Positions 42,845-52,841 of a stretch of DNA of 64,000 nt are shown piece by piece; positions within the stretch are counted from its first letter, which is position 1, and every line of letters starts with the position of its first letter. Position numbers and translations under genes: made by a program. The notes under the pieces were generated by a model, which was not told the origin of the DNA, searched no databases, and saw only the letters and a list, made by a program, of their open reading frames with translations. Source of the stretch: Parcubacteria group bacterium Gr01-1014_31. Its GTDB lineage: Bacteria; Patescibacteriota; Patescibacteriia; Buchananbacterales; GWA2-38-13. Where the stretch lies: NCBI GenBank assembly GCA_007376135.1, contig VMFR01000007.1, forward strand, positions 24,287-88,286, given 5' to 3'.

Positions 42845-43519
42845 CTATCGCAACGATTCGAACACCCGTTGGAAACTTTCACGGTCAACGGCCCCGGATG
42901 CCGCAGAATGCACCTGGCACGATCGGTACCAATTGGCGCTGTCGTTATTCTCCCACAGGTCGGTACCGGGGTGGGCGAGGATCAGCGCGAACTGGCCAGC
43001 GGTCGGGAATTCTTCCGTAGGTTCGCCGAAATGGAACGTCGCCGTGTAGGTCTCGCCGTCGCGTTCAAAGGTTCGTTTCTCGGTCGTGAAATTCCAGGCT
43101 TCGTAGCCGGTCTCCAGTACCGGACACAGCATGACCGCCCGCGGGGTTCCCGCGGTATCCACGAAGGTCACGTTTTCACTGCCGAGTCCGGTCACCGTTC
43201 CGCCGCCCTTTTCCACGATGAAATCCACTTTTTTGGTTTGGGGTTCATCCGTCACCCGCCAGTTGCCGGGGTTGTCGAATGTAAAACCACTGAATTGGAA
43301 ATTGGTGAATGGTTGCGGCGGGACCGTTGCCGCGACGCTGCTGCCTTGCCATGTCGGCAACGAGGGCGTTTGCCACGAGATGACGACTTTCCGCGCGTTC
43401 AGACTGATGCTCAGGGTCGTCACCGCCAGCAGGGCGAAGAACGCCGCCATGCCGATACCGACGGCCGTCATCCAAAAAATAAAAGAGCCGGCCCAGCTCT
43501 TCCGCCTTGCTTTTGGCAT
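42845..43519 (-). CDS. Membrane-anchored hypothetical protein (PsbP-like fold possible)
   Basis: AGGAGGGG SD, N-terminal TM, GFTFDNPGNW and C-terminal FQRVFESLR. Confidence 0.65.
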   Translation of the reverse strand: MPKARRKSWAGSFIFWMTAVGIGMAAFFALLAVTTLSISLNARKVVISWQTPSLPTWQGSSVAATVPPQPFTNFQFSGFTFDNPGNWRVTDEPQTKKVDFIVEKGGGTVTGLGSENVTFVDTAGTPRAVMLCPVLETGYEAWNFTTEKRTFERDGETYTATFHFGEPTEEFPTAGQFALILAHPGTDLWENNDSANWYRSCQVHSAASGAVDRESFQRVFESLR

Positions 43520-43564
43520 ACCCCTCCTACGGTTAATAGTTATCCACTGATATTGTAGCACGAT

Positions 43565-44431
43565 TTACCGTAGCTGTTGAGCGCTCAATTCCTCCAGTCG
43601 CGTCACGTTTTCCAGCAGCATGGCGACGGTCAGCGGGCCGACGCCGCCGGGGGTCGGGGTGAAAGCGGCGGCGACCTTTTCCACCGATGCTGCATCCACA
43701 TCTCCGGCGAACGTGCCGTCCGGCTGCCGCGTGATGCCGATGTCCACCACGACCGCGCCGGGTTTCAGCAGTGCGCCGGTGATGACCCCGGGCTTGCCGA
43801 CCGCAGTGATGACAATGTCGGCGGAACGCAAGGTCGGGATAAAATCTTTGGCATCGTTGGTGGTCGCCGTGACGTGCGCTCCGTTATCCACCAACACCTT
43901 GCCCAAGGTTTTCCGCAGCACCCCGTCCTTGGCGACGATTGCGATGACGGCGCCAGCGAGCGGCGCGTCGGATTCCCGCAGCAGCCGCAGCACGGCGGCG
44001 ATCAACGGCGGGGTGAGCGTCGCGCGGCCGGCAAGGAACGCCTCAATGTTGCGTGGATGAAAACCGTCCACGTCTTTGGCCGGGTCCACGGCGGCAACGA
44101 GAACGTCAGCATGGAATCCTTTCGGGGGCGGCAGCTGCACAATGATACCGGAAACCTCGGGGTCGAGATTGAGAAAGCCGATCGCCTCCAACAGCTGTGT
44201 TTCATCGGCGTTCGGCAGAAACTGGTCGTTGCTGAGGTATTTGTGAAAGGCGATGCCGACCTTGTGGCAGGCTCTTTCCTTATTTCGGACGTACAGTATG
44301 GACGCCGGGTCGTTTCCGATGAGGATGACGGCCAGCCCCGGCGCGTGGGTGAGCTTGCGCACGCGCACCGCCACGTCGGCCAAAATTTTTTCGGCCAGGG
44401 CTTTACCGTCGAGGCGTTGAGCAGTTGTCAT
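43565..44431 (-). CDS. folD: Methylenetetrahydrofolate dehydrogenase/cyclohydrolase
   Basis: LDGKALA, SILYVRNK, GIIVQLP, KDVDGFHP and TPTPGGVGPLT. Confidence 0.95.
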   Translation of the reverse strand: MTTAQRLDGKALAEKILADVAVRVRKLTHAPGLAVILIGNDPASILYVRNKERACHKVGIAFHKYLSNDQFLPNADETQLLEAIGFLNLDPEVSGIIVQLPPPKGFHADVLVAAVDPAKDVDGFHPRNIEAFLAGRATLTPPLIAAVLRLLRESDAPLAGAVIAIVAKDGVLRKTLGKVLVDNGAHVTATTNDAKDFIPTLRSADIVITAVGKPGVITGALLKPGAVVVDIGITRQPDGTFAGDVDAASVEKVAAAFTPTPGGVGPLTVAMLLENVTRLEELSAQQLR

Positions 44432-44441
44432 ATCGTCTTTG

Positions 44442-44510
44442 GTCATTGCGAGTGCCACGCGAAGCAATCTCGTCAGAAGGTTGCTTCGTCACTTCGTTCC
44501 TCGCAATGAC
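44442..44510. repeat. REP/RPE-like nested palindrome between glyA and folD
   Basis: GTCATTGCGAG...GAAGCAATCT...AGGTTGCTTC...CTCGCAATGAC. Confidence 0.8.
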
Positions 44511-44513
44511 GGC

Positions 44514-45767
44514 TTATGCCGTCAGTTCAGGGTAGATCGGGAAGTGCGCGGTGAGCTCGGCGACGGTCGTTTTCGCGTTCGCGAGGACCGCCGCGTCGGT
44601 CGGCGCTTTCAGCACACTGGCGATGGTTTTTCCGACGAGTTTCATTTCTCGCTCTTTCATCCCGCGGGTGGTCAGCGCCGGGGTACCCAGCCGGATGCCG
44701 GTCGGTTCGAATGCCGAGCCCGGGTCGTACGGAATCGTGTTGCGGTTGCCGTAGATGCCGCAGTCCGCGAGAGCGTCGGAGCCCTGGCGGCCAGTGATAT
44801 GCAGCGGGCCGCAGTCGACCAGCAGCAGGTGGTTGTCCGTTCCTCCGGATACCAGCCGCAACCCTTCGGCCTGCAGAGTATCGGAGAGCGTTTTCGCGTT
44901 CACCGCGATCTGGTGGCCGTAGGTTTTGAATTCGGGCTGGAGCGCCTCGGCAAAGCAGACCGCCTTGGCGGCGATGATATGTTCCATCGGGCCGCCCTGC
45001 GTGCCGGGAAATACCGCGCGGTCAATGGCTTTGGCGTGGCGTTGCCTGCAGTAGATGACGGCACTGCGCGGGCCGCGGAGGGTCTTGTGGGTCGTGGTCA
45101 TCACGACATCCGCGCACGGCCATGGGTTCTGGTGGTCGCCCGACAGGCACAGGCCAACGATGTGGGAAACGTCGCACAGCAGCAGCGCGCCGATCTCGTC
45201 ACAGATAGCGCGGAATTTAGCGAAATCCAACGCGCGTGGGTAGGCCGTCGCTCCCGTGACGATCATTTTCGGCTTTTCCTTCTTTGCCAGCGCGAGCACT
45301 TCATCGTAATCAATGCGCTCGGTGTCCTTGCGCACGCCGTACTGGACGAAATGGTACAGCTGCCCCGAGACGTTGACCGGGTGCCCGTGTGTGAGGTGGC
45401 CGCCCTGGTCGAGTTTCATCCCCAGCACCGTGTCACCGGGTTTTAGCAGCCCCAGGTACACGGCGAGGTTGGCGCCGCTGCCGGCGTTCGGCTGGACGTT
45501 GATGTGGTCGCAGCCAAACAGCTTTTTGCCACGTTTGATGGCGAGGTCTTCGATCTCATCGATGAACTGGTTGCCGGTGTAGTAGCGCTTGTGCGGGTAG
45601 CCCTCGGCGTACTTGTTGGACAGCACCGTGCCCATGGCCTCCAGCACGGAAAGCGACGCGTAGTTTTCCGACGGGATCATGGCCAGGCTGTTTTGCTGGC
45701 GGGCAATTTCTTTGGCAACGATGCTCGCGACATCGGCGTCCGAGCGTTTGAGGTTGGAGTAGTCCAT
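44514..45767 (-). CDS. glyA: Serine hydroxymethyltransferase
   Basis: PSENY, NKYAEGYP, GGHLTHG, TTTHKTLRGPR and GGTDNHL. Confidence 0.98.
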   Translation of the reverse strand: MDYSNLKRSDADVASIVAKEIARQQNSLAMIPSENYASLSVLEAMGTVLSNKYAEGYPHKRYYTGNQFIDEIEDLAIKRGKKLFGCDHINVQPNAGSGANLAVYLGLLKPGDTVLGMKLDQGGHLTHGHPVNVSGQLYHFVQYGVRKDTERIDYDEVLALAKKEKPKMIVTGATAYPRALDFAKFRAICDEIGALLLCDVSHIVGLCLSGDHQNPWPCADVVMTTTHKTLRGPRSAVIYCRQRHAKAIDRAVFPGTQGGPMEHIIAAKAVCFAEALQPEFKTYGHQIAVNAKTLSDTLQAEGLRLVSGGTDNHLLLVDCGPLHITGRQGSDALADCGIYGNRNTIPYDPGSAFEPTGIRLGTPALTTRGMKEREMKLVGKTIASVLKAPTDAAVLANAKTTVAELTAHFPIYPELTA

Positions 45768-45773
45768 AGCGGG

Positions 45774-45832
45774 AGAATCAGGAAGCAAGAATCAAGAATT
45801 AGGGAATCGGTTCGTCGGTTCCACTAATTCCT
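45774..45832. repeat. Heptamer repeat (AGAATCA/GGAAGCA) directly upstream of the glyA start
   Basis: agaatca ggaagca agaatca agaatta gggaatc, with a short counter-arm ctaattcc. Confidence 0.75.
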
Positions 45833-45899
45833 TTACTCGCGCAGTTCGAGGCAGGAGAAGATCATGTTACTTTGATTGAAACTCGTACCTTTCCACTTT

Positions 45900-46298
45900 T
45901 CACCGCCTTTGAGCAGCCTCGCTCCAGAAATCGGCTGTATCTTCCTGCCCAGTAATAGAAGCCAATGCGTAAAGGCCAAAAATAATCACCATCAGTAAGA
46001 TGCCTATTGCTATGGTTTTGGTCGTGGGGCCCATCAAAATTTTGTCTTTCTTCCCTCGGGCAGAAAGATATTTACTAATTCCATAAATCGTCAAAAATAA
46101 TCCCAGAAAGAATATGAGTATCGTAATAATATTAATACCCAACATCAAATATGTTTTTGCATCCGGCTTCGCCAAGCTAACTACGGTGGCGTATGCACGG
46201 CCGTTGTTGTCATTAATTACGTAATTATTAATTTGCGCCCTTGCAATTAATGGCCACATCAGGAGGCTTGCTATTTTTGCAAAATGACTCGACCTCAC
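45900..46298 (-). CDS. Low-GC TrbC/VirB2-like pilin-type membrane protein
   Basis: Signal peptide ending ARA, two hydrophobic helices joined by YG..KY.SARG.KDKI; AT-rich. Confidence 0.55.
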   Translation of the reverse strand: MRSSHFAKIASLLMWPLIARAQINNYVINDNNGRAYATVVSLAKPDAKTYLMLGINIITILIFFLGLFLTIYGISKYLSARGKKDKILMGPTTKTIAIGILLMVIIFGLYALASITGQEDTADFWSEAAQRR

Positions 46299-46324
46299 AA
46301 TTTTAAATGTTTAAAGAGTAAACA

Positions 46325-46903
46325 TTACTTTTCAAATAATTTCCAATTCCAGCAGTTAGCGAAGTCATCCATGGCCGCGACGCGGTCGTAGATGTCCTTG
46401 GCGGCTTTGGTTTTGAAATATTTGGCTTGGCGCGCGAACATTCGCGCAGCCTGGACGTTGCCGGCTTCGGCATGGATCTTTGCCTGCAGCGCGAACTCCA
46501 GAGTGTCAGCGTCTTTGGCTATGCGGCCTTCCGGGGTGTCCGCATGTTCGTGCTGTTGCACGAGTTCGCCGATCTTTTCCGCCAGGTTTTTTGGCAATGT
46601 ACGCAGCTGGTCGGTGAGCGCAGCCAGTTCCCCGTCGGTTTTGTCCAGGTAACGTTTAGCGATCTTGTGGTGGTCGCCAATTCTCGCTTCGCCGTTATCG
46701 TGGAACAGGGCAATGGCCGCGCACCGTTCGCCCGATAACCCTTCCAGTTCGCCCAGCAGGAATGCCAGCTGCGCGGTGATGGCGACGTGGTCGGCCAACG
46801 AATCAGGCAGGACGCCCGCCACGTGCCAGCCCTCGCGCGTGTTGCGCTTGAGCATGTAGATTTCCGCCAGGAATTTGATGAAGTCGCCAGTCCTACGGGG
46901 CAT
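46325..46903 (-). CDS. HD-domain phosphohydrolase (YfbR/HD_3-like)
   Basis: LKRNTREGW, SLADH, LFHDNGEARIGD and KDADTLE. Confidence 0.85.
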   Translation of the reverse strand: MPRRTGDFIKFLAEIYMLKRNTREGWHVAGVLPDSLADHVAITAQLAFLLGELEGLSGERCAAIALFHDNGEARIGDHHKIAKRYLDKTDGELAALTDQLRTLPKNLAEKIGELVQQHEHADTPEGRIAKDADTLEFALQAKIHAEAGNVQAARMFARQAKYFKTKAAKDIYDRVAAMDDFANCWNWKLFEK

Positions 46904-47007
46904 AACGGCAGCGTAGCAGGCAGTAAGTTTACTGGCAACGCCATTCGTTTCTTGGCAAAACCAAGCGAATTTGGTAGGCTGGGATGGACTTGGCATTATA
47001 TTTCCCT

Positions 47008-48177
47008 ATGAAGAATTTTTTTGGGCGTCGGTGGGGGTTGGCGGTACTGGCGGCGGTAGTCCTGGCAGTTCCGCTGGCCGCGGGAGCGTTCCTGGCCGCG
47101 GATCGTCCCGGCGTGCCGGCGCAGTTGAACCGCGACCAAATTTTTCAGGGCGACTACATCGCTGTGGGCGACGTCATTGAGATTTCCGGCAACGTGGATG
47201 GCGACGTGATCGTGGCGGCGCAACGATTGGTGGTCAGCGGCGCGGTCAGCGGCGACGTTATCGCGGCAGCATCCAGCATTGAGATCAGCGGGGACGTGGA
47301 AGGGGATGTGCGTGTGGCGGCGATGCAGGTGGATATCAGCGGTACTATCGGCAGGAACGCCAACCTTTGGGGGCAGCAGGTCACCATGACCGATACGGCG
47401 AGCGTGGGACGGAATTTGTACGCCGTCGGGGAGCAGCTCACGCTGCAGGGGACGGTCGGAAGGAATTTGGCGGTACGAGCGTTGAATGTCGCCATCCGCG
47501 GCAGCATCGGCGGTGCCGCGCAGGTTCATGTCGGCGACCGCGGCACGATCGCGCTGCAGTCCGGCACGGATATCAAGAGTTCCTTTACTTACGAAGCAAC
47601 GGCTGCCACGCAGCTCACCCGGGACGAAAGCGCCAAGGTCGGCGGCGAGGTGCGCCACCTGCCGTGGGCGGAGCCGGAGTCGGGGAGCGGCTGGCCGCAC
47701 TTCCTTTTTTTCCGCATTATCGGGCTGTTCGGGATGTTTGTCGTCGGGCTGGTGCTCGTGACGTTCGCTCCCAAAGCCATGGTCGGGATCACCCAGCAGT
47801 CATGGACGCGGCAGCCGTTGCCAGCGCTCGCCTGGGGTTTGGTCGTTACTCTGGTAACGCCCGTGGCGGCGCTGGTGCTGGCATTCACCATCATTGGGCT
47901 GCCCTTGGCGCTTTTGATCTTCGGCGGGTACCTGATGGTGCTCTATCTGGCGCAGATCGTCGCCGGTATCGCGTTGGGAATATTCGTCTTTTCCCGATTG
48001 TCCGCCAACCGCTCACGTGGGTCGCTCGTGCTACCGATGGTGCTGGGGATGACGCTGCTGTTTTTCCTGACTGTGTTTCTCGGGCCGTTCGGCATCCTGG
48101 TCAAGATCTCTGCCGTGCTGTGGGGGGTGGGTGCGCTGTGGCGTTTTAAAACCCAGCAGCTGGCGCAGTGGCGGTGA
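47008..48177 (+). CDS. Membrane protein with beta-helical (bactofilin-like) repeats and a multi-TM C-terminus
   Basis: Repeated ISG.V.GDV.VAA units followed by ~5 TM helices. Confidence 0.75.
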   Translation: MKNFFGRRWGLAVLAAVVLAVPLAAGAFLAADRPGVPAQLNRDQIFQGDYIAVGDVIEISGNVDGDVIVAAQRLVVSGAVSGDVIAAASSIEISGDVEGDVRVAAMQVDISGTIGRNANLWGQQVTMTDTASVGRNLYAVGEQLTLQGTVGRNLAVRALNVAIRGSIGGAAQVHVGDRGTIALQSGTDIKSSFTYEATAATQLTRDESAKVGGEVRHLPWAEPESGSGWPHFLFFRIIGLFGMFVVGLVLVTFAPKAMVGITQQSWTRQPLPALAWGLVVTLVTPVAALVLAFTIIGLPLALLIFGGYLMVLYLAQIVAGIALGIFVFSRLSANRSRGSLVLPMVLGMTLLFFLTVFLGPFGILVKISAVLWGVGALWRFKTQQLAQWR

Positions 48178-48182
48178 GAGGT

Positions 48183-49544
48183 ATGTCGTATAACCCGGCG
48201 ATCTTCAAGGCGTACGATATTCGCGGGGTGTACCCCACCGAGTTGGATGAGGATCTGGCGCAACGGCTTGGCCGCGCTCTTGTCACCCACTTGCGCGTGC
48301 CCACCGTCGCCGTCGGCTGGGATGTGCGGGAGAGCGGCCCCAAGCTCCGCGATGCGCTGGTGTCGGGTATCACCGCACAGGGCGCCGATGCCATCCTCTT
48401 GGGCGTCTGCAGCACGGACTCGTTCTATTTTGCCGTCACGCGCTATGGGTTTGCGGCCGGCGTGATGGTGTCCGCATCCCATAATCCCGCCCAGTACAAC
48501 GGGTTCAAGATCGTCGGGGCTCGCGCCGCAGCGCTCTCCGGGGATAGCGGGATTCCCGAGCTCAAGCAATTGGTCGCCGCCAACCATTTCCCCGCGGTCC
48601 GTCAGCGCGGTACCGTGCGGGAGCAGCCCGGCGTCATCCCCGGCTTCGCGGCCGCGGTGCGGGCGATGGTGAAGGTTGCCGATATTACGCCGCTCAAGGT
48701 GGTGATGGATACCGGCAACGGTTCGGGCGGTTTGATCGCGCCGTCGGTGTTCGACGGCCTCCCGCTGCGCATCACCCCCCTGTGTTTTGCGCCTGATGGG
48801 CGTTTTCCCAACCACCAGGCCAATCCTTTGCTGCCGGAGAATCGCGTGCATTGGGAGGCGGCGGTCCGTGAGCAGCACGCCGACCTCGGCATTGCTTGGG
48901 ACGCGGACACCGACCGCGTTTTTTTTCTGGATGAGCAGGCGCGTTTCATCCCCGGGGATTTCGTGACGGCACTGTTGGCCGGTGAAACACTGGATGCTAC
49001 CGGCGGCGGACATGTCGTCTATGACCTGCGGGCGTCACGCTGCGTGCCCGATACGGTGCGCGCGCACGGCGGCACGCCCGTCGTGTGCCGCGTCGGCCAT
49101 TCGTTCATTAAGGCTAAGATGCGCGAGTTGGACGGGGTTTTCGGCGGCGAGATCACGGGGCACTACTACTACCGTTTCAGCGGCGCGTACCTGGATAACG
49201 GGTGGATCCCGGCGCTGCAGATGATTACCCTGCGCTCACGCCGGGGCAAGCCATTGAGCGAGATGTTTTCCGAACTGGCGGCGCGTTACCATATCAGCGG
49301 CGAACACAACTACACCGTGGCTGATCCCGATGAAATCCTGGCTAAGCTTGAGGCCCATTACGGTAGAGGCGCGCGGCGGGTCGACCATCTGGACGGGTTG
49401 ACCATCGAGCGGGACGATTTCTGGTTCAATGTCCGCAAGAGTAACACTGAACCGCTGCTGCGATTGAATCTTGAGGCAACGTCCGCCGAGCGTTTGCCCG
49501 GCGCGCTGGCCGAGGTCGCCGAATTCATCCGCCGCGCAGCCTAG
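48183..49544 (+). CDS. Phosphomannomutase/phosphoglucomutase
   Basis: FKAYDIRG, SASHNP, WDADTDR, GGEITGH and RKSNTEP. Confidence 0.93.
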   Translation: MSYNPAIFKAYDIRGVYPTELDEDLAQRLGRALVTHLRVPTVAVGWDVRESGPKLRDALVSGITAQGADAILLGVCSTDSFYFAVTRYGFAAGVMVSASHNPAQYNGFKIVGARAAALSGDSGIPELKQLVAANHFPAVRQRGTVREQPGVIPGFAAAVRAMVKVADITPLKVVMDTGNGSGGLIAPSVFDGLPLRITPLCFAPDGRFPNHQANPLLPENRVHWEAAVREQHADLGIAWDADTDRVFFLDEQARFIPGDFVTALLAGETLDATGGGHVVYDLRASRCVPDTVRAHGGTPVVCRVGHSFIKAKMRELDGVFGGEITGHYYYRFSGAYLDNGWIPALQMITLRSRRGKPLSEMFSELAARYHISGEHNYTVADPDEILAKLEAHYGRGARRVDHLDGLTIERDDFWFNVRKSNTEPLLRLNLEATSAERLPGALAEVAEFIRRAA

Positions 49545-49572
49545 CACACAGGCGGATGGCAAGCTTTCTTCC

Positions 49573-50403
49573 ATGAGCGAATTTCTTCCCGGCATGCTTG
49601 GAGTGTTTGATTCAGGATTGGGCGGTTTGACCATTGCCAAGGCCATCCGTCAGCGCTTGCCGGAGTACCAGCTGGCGTACCTCGGCGATACCGCGCGGCT
49701 TCCCTATGGCAACCGGTCGGCTGACCTGGTGTATCGCTTCACGACCGAAGCCGTCGGGTACCTGTTGTCGCAAGGCTGCCCGCTGGTGGTGGTTGCCTGC
49801 AACACGGCGTCGGCGCTGGCGCTGCGGCGGCTGCAGCGCGAGTGGCTGCCCGTCCATTTTCCGGATCGCCGGGTGCTGGGGGTCATTCGCCCGATTTCCG
49901 AGTACGTCGCGGACGCTTCGCGTGGCGGCCGCGTCGGCGTGGTCGGCACCGCCAGCACGGTCGGCTCCGGCGCGTTCGTGCGGGAGATTTCCGGCCGCAA
50001 CCCGCGCATTTCAGTCGTGCAGCAGGCCTGCCCGCTGCTGGTGCCGTTCATCGAGGAGGGCTGGGGCCGCCGGCCGGAAACGGCCAAACTGGTACGCGAT
50101 TACGTCCGGCCGTTGCAAGAGGCGCAGGTTGATACCCTGGTGCTGGGCTGCACCCACTACCCGATGCTGCGGGCCGAGTTTGCCGCCGCCATGGGGGAAC
50201 ATTGTTTTATTCCGGATCCGGCCGCCGTCGTCGCCGAAAAACTGGCCGATTACCTCGCCCGCCACCCGGAGCGGGAATTGCAGATCTCCCGCGGTGCCAA
50301 CCACCGGTATTTGGTGACCGAGCACACCGACCGTTTCGCGCAGTTGGCCGGCGAATGGCTGGGCCACCCGTTGACGCTCGAGGGAGTTGACCTGCAGCCG
50401 TAA
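49573..50403 (+). CDS. murI: Glutamate racemase
   Basis: FDSGLGGL, PYGNRS, VACNTAS and LGCTHYP. Confidence 0.96.
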   Translation: MSEFLPGMLGVFDSGLGGLTIAKAIRQRLPEYQLAYLGDTARLPYGNRSADLVYRFTTEAVGYLLSQGCPLVVVACNTASALALRRLQREWLPVHFPDRRVLGVIRPISEYVADASRGGRVGVVGTASTVGSGAFVREISGRNPRISVVQQACPLLVPFIEEGWGRRPETAKLVRDYVRPLQEAQVDTLVLGCTHYPMLRAEFAAAMGEHCFIPDPAAVVAEKLADYLARHPERELQISRGANHRYLVTEHTDRFAQLAGEWLGHPLTLEGVDLQP

Positions 50404-50418
50404 TATTTTTTTTTGAAT

Positions 50419-50456
50419 ATCAAATATACCCGGCCTGCAGGCCGGGTATATTTGAT
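50419..50456. terminator. Perfect 38-bp palindrome between convergent murI and gdhA
   Basis: ATCAAATATACCCGGCCTG|CAGGCCGGGTATATTTGAT. Confidence 0.7.
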
Positions 50457-50458
50457 GT

Positions 50459-51724
50459 TTAGCTCCGTTTGGTCGTGGCGTCCGCCAGCCGTTTGATCGC
50501 CAAGGTGATAGCTGCCGTCCGCAAGGTAACCCGCTGCACTTTCGCCAGCTCCCACACCGTTGCGAATGCGCGTTCCAGTGTCGTTTGCAGTTTCTGTTTC
50601 ACGTCGGCTTCGGTCCAGCTCTCGTTGGCCCGGTTTTGCTGCCATTCAAAGGTGGATACGATAACGCCGCCGGCGTTGGCCAAAATGTCGGGAATGACCA
50701 TGATGCCTTGTTGCGCCAGCAGCGGGTCGGCCTCCGGAGCGGTGGGGGCGTTGGCGAGCTCCAAGATGAGCTTGGCCTTCACGGACATGGCATTGGCGGC
50801 CGTGATCTGGTTCTCCAATGCCGCCAGCACGAGCAGGTCGCCATCCGCAGTCAGCAGTTCCTGGGGGGTGGCGTGCCGATGGTCGGCGCAGCGGCATTTG
50901 CCCTCGGCGCAGCGGCAAGGGTCCACGGTGCCGCGTTCCAGCTTGGCGTTGCTGATGGCCGAGAAGTCCAACGTTTTGCCCTTGCTCGCCAGGACGGCGA
51001 GTTTCGAATCCGCAACCCCGACCAGCTTGCAGCCGATACGGCTGGCCAATCGGGTGAAGTGGGATCCCGCATTGCCGAACCCCTGAACGATGAAGGACAG
51101 CGATTCCGGTTTGCGTTTCAGCTTTTCCAGCATCTTCTGCAGCACGTAGAAACCTCCGCGCCCGGTCGCCGTTTCCCGCCCGCGGGAACCGCCCTGGTGC
51201 AGCGATTTGCCGGTGATGACCGCGGCTTCGCGGCGGCCCGTCACTTTGGCGTACTCGTCGGCCATCCAATCCATGACCTGTTCGTCGGTGCCGACGTCGG
51301 GCGCCGGCACGTCGCGCTCTGGTCCCAGCACGTCGGCAAAGGCGCGCAGATACGCGCGGCTCAAGCGTTCTTTTTCCTTTTCGGACAGAAGCTTGGGGTC
51401 AATGGCGACGCCCCCCTTGCCCCCGCCGAACGGCAGCTCTACCAGGGCGCATTTGAGCGCCATCCAGAACGCCAGTGCCATGATCTCGCCCAATTCGACG
51501 TTCGGATGGAAGCGGATACCCCCCTTGTAGGGGCCGCGCGCGTTGGAGTACTGCACGCGGTAGGCGGGAACGATCGTACGGCGGCCGTCGTCGCGGGTGA
51601 ACGACAAAACCGCCTGAATGATACGGTTGGGTTGCTGCAGCAGCGCGACCGTTTCGGGCTTCAGCTTGAGCTTTGCGACGGCCGCATCCAAGTGCGTGAG
51701 CGCATTGGCAAAAGCATCCTCCAT
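50459..51724 (-). CDS. gdhA: Glu/Leu/Phe/Val dehydrogenase (glutamate dehydrogenase)
   Basis: GPYKGGIRFHP, GGGKGG, DVPAPDVGT, QGFGNAG and PDILANAGGV. Confidence 0.92.
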   Translation of the reverse strand: MEDAFANALTHLDAAVAKLKLKPETVALLQQPNRIIQAVLSFTRDDGRRTIVPAYRVQYSNARGPYKGGIRFHPNVELGEIMALAFWMALKCALVELPFGGGKGGVAIDPKLLSEKEKERLSRAYLRAFADVLGPERDVPAPDVGTDEQVMDWMADEYAKVTGRREAAVITGKSLHQGGSRGRETATGRGGFYVLQKMLEKLKRKPESLSFIVQGFGNAGSHFTRLASRIGCKLVGVADSKLAVLASKGKTLDFSAISNAKLERGTVDPCRCAEGKCRCADHRHATPQELLTADGDLLVLAALENQITAANAMSVKAKLILELANAPTAPEADPLLAQQGIMVIPDILANAGGVIVSTFEWQQNRANESWTEADVKQKLQTTLERAFATVWELAKVQRVTLRTAAITLAIKRLADATTKRS

Positions 51725-51759
51725 AATGTTGGTGTTGCAATAGTCGGGCCAACCCTGGG

Positions 51760-52746
51760 TCAGTCTCCAGGCCGCAGTCCGATCTTTTGGAATACCGCGG
51801 ACAGCGTTTTTTGGGCAACGCTGTCGGCCCGTACGGCGCCCGCCGCCAGCAATTCCTCGAGGTGATCGGGGTTCGCAAGCAGCGCCGTCTTTTTTTCCTG
51901 TATCGGCTTGAGGTAGTCGGAGATGGCTCTCGCCAAGGTCTGCTTAAGGTCGGCGTAGCGGATGGTTTTTTCTTTGGCCGCCCGCTGGAAACGCTGTGCC
52001 GTGTCGTGATCGGCGAAGTGTTCCAACAGGAGCAGCAGGTTTTTGGCGCCCGCCCCGGTCCCGTCGCCGGTATCGGTGACCGCGCGGGAAAGTTTTTTGG
52101 TAATAACGGCGGGCGGGTCGTCAAGATTCAGGCAGTGGTTGCCGCCCAGGGTCTTGGACATCTTCTTCGTCGGGTCCAGCAGGCTCATCACCCGCGGTGT
52201 TTCCGTGTGCAGCGTTTTGGGGAGGCCGAAGGTCGGGCCGAACCGTTTGTTGAAAAAGCCGGCAATGTCGCGGCTCAGTTCCACGTGCTGGTCCTGGTCA
52301 TCGCCGACCGGCACGAACGTCGGCTGGTAGAGCAAAATGTCGGCGGCCATCAGCACGGGATAGTAGAGCAGGCCGGCGTTGGCGTTTCCCTGCGCCTGCT
52401 TGCCCGCCTTCTCCTTATACTGGGTCATGCGGAACAGGTAACCGACGGGGATGAAGTTTGCCAAAGTAACGGCCAGCTGCGCGTGGGCCGGCAGCCGCGA
52501 CTGTACAAAGATAGTGCTGCGCGAGGGGTCCAGTCCGGCGGCGATAAAGGTAGCCGCCGTATCCAGCACCTGAGCGTACTTTTCTTTCGCGTCGAACTGT
52601 TCGTTCAGCGCATGCAGGTCGGCGATGAAGAAAAAGCACTCATGCCGGTCCTGCAGCTGCACGAAATTTTGTAGCGCGCCCAAATAGTTGCCGACATGCA
52701 GGTTGCCGGTTGGCCGGATGCCGGAGAGAATGGTGGTCGCGGGCAT
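51760..52746 (-). CDS. trpS: Tryptophan--tRNA ligase
   Basis: SGIRPTGNLHVGNY, YPVLMAADIL, VPVGDDQ and KMSK. Confidence 0.97.
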   Translation of the reverse strand: MPATTILSGIRPTGNLHVGNYLGALQNFVQLQDRHECFFFIADLHALNEQFDAKEKYAQVLDTAATFIAAGLDPSRSTIFVQSRLPAHAQLAVTLANFIPVGYLFRMTQYKEKAGKQAQGNANAGLLYYPVLMAADILLYQPTFVPVGDDQDQHVELSRDIAGFFNKRFGPTFGLPKTLHTETPRVMSLLDPTKKMSKTLGGNHCLNLDDPPAVITKKLSRAVTDTGDGTGAGAKNLLLLLEHFADHDTAQRFQRAAKEKTIRYADLKQTLARAISDYLKPIQEKKTALLANPDHLEELLAAGAVRADSVAQKTLSAVFQKIGLRPGD

Positions 52747-52757
52747 AGGTATAAGGT

Positions 52758-52787
52758 ATTGTACGGCGTTTTCCGGATGGTTGTCTA
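52758..52787 (-). promoter_or_regulatory. Putative own promoter of trpS
   Basis: TAGACA-18 bp-TACAAT on the minus strand, 11 nt before the ATG. Confidence 0.55.
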
Positions 52788-52788
52788 T

Positions 52789-52821
52789 AAAAAGCGGGGG
52801 AGGCTGGTAGGTCCTCCCCCG
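52789..52821 (-). terminator. Intrinsic terminator after the small Cys-rich ORF
   Basis: CGGGGGAGG-9 nt-CCTCCCCCG-CTTTTT on the minus strand. Confidence 0.7.
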
Positions 52822-52841
52822 GTGTGCGCAGCCACTCAACC

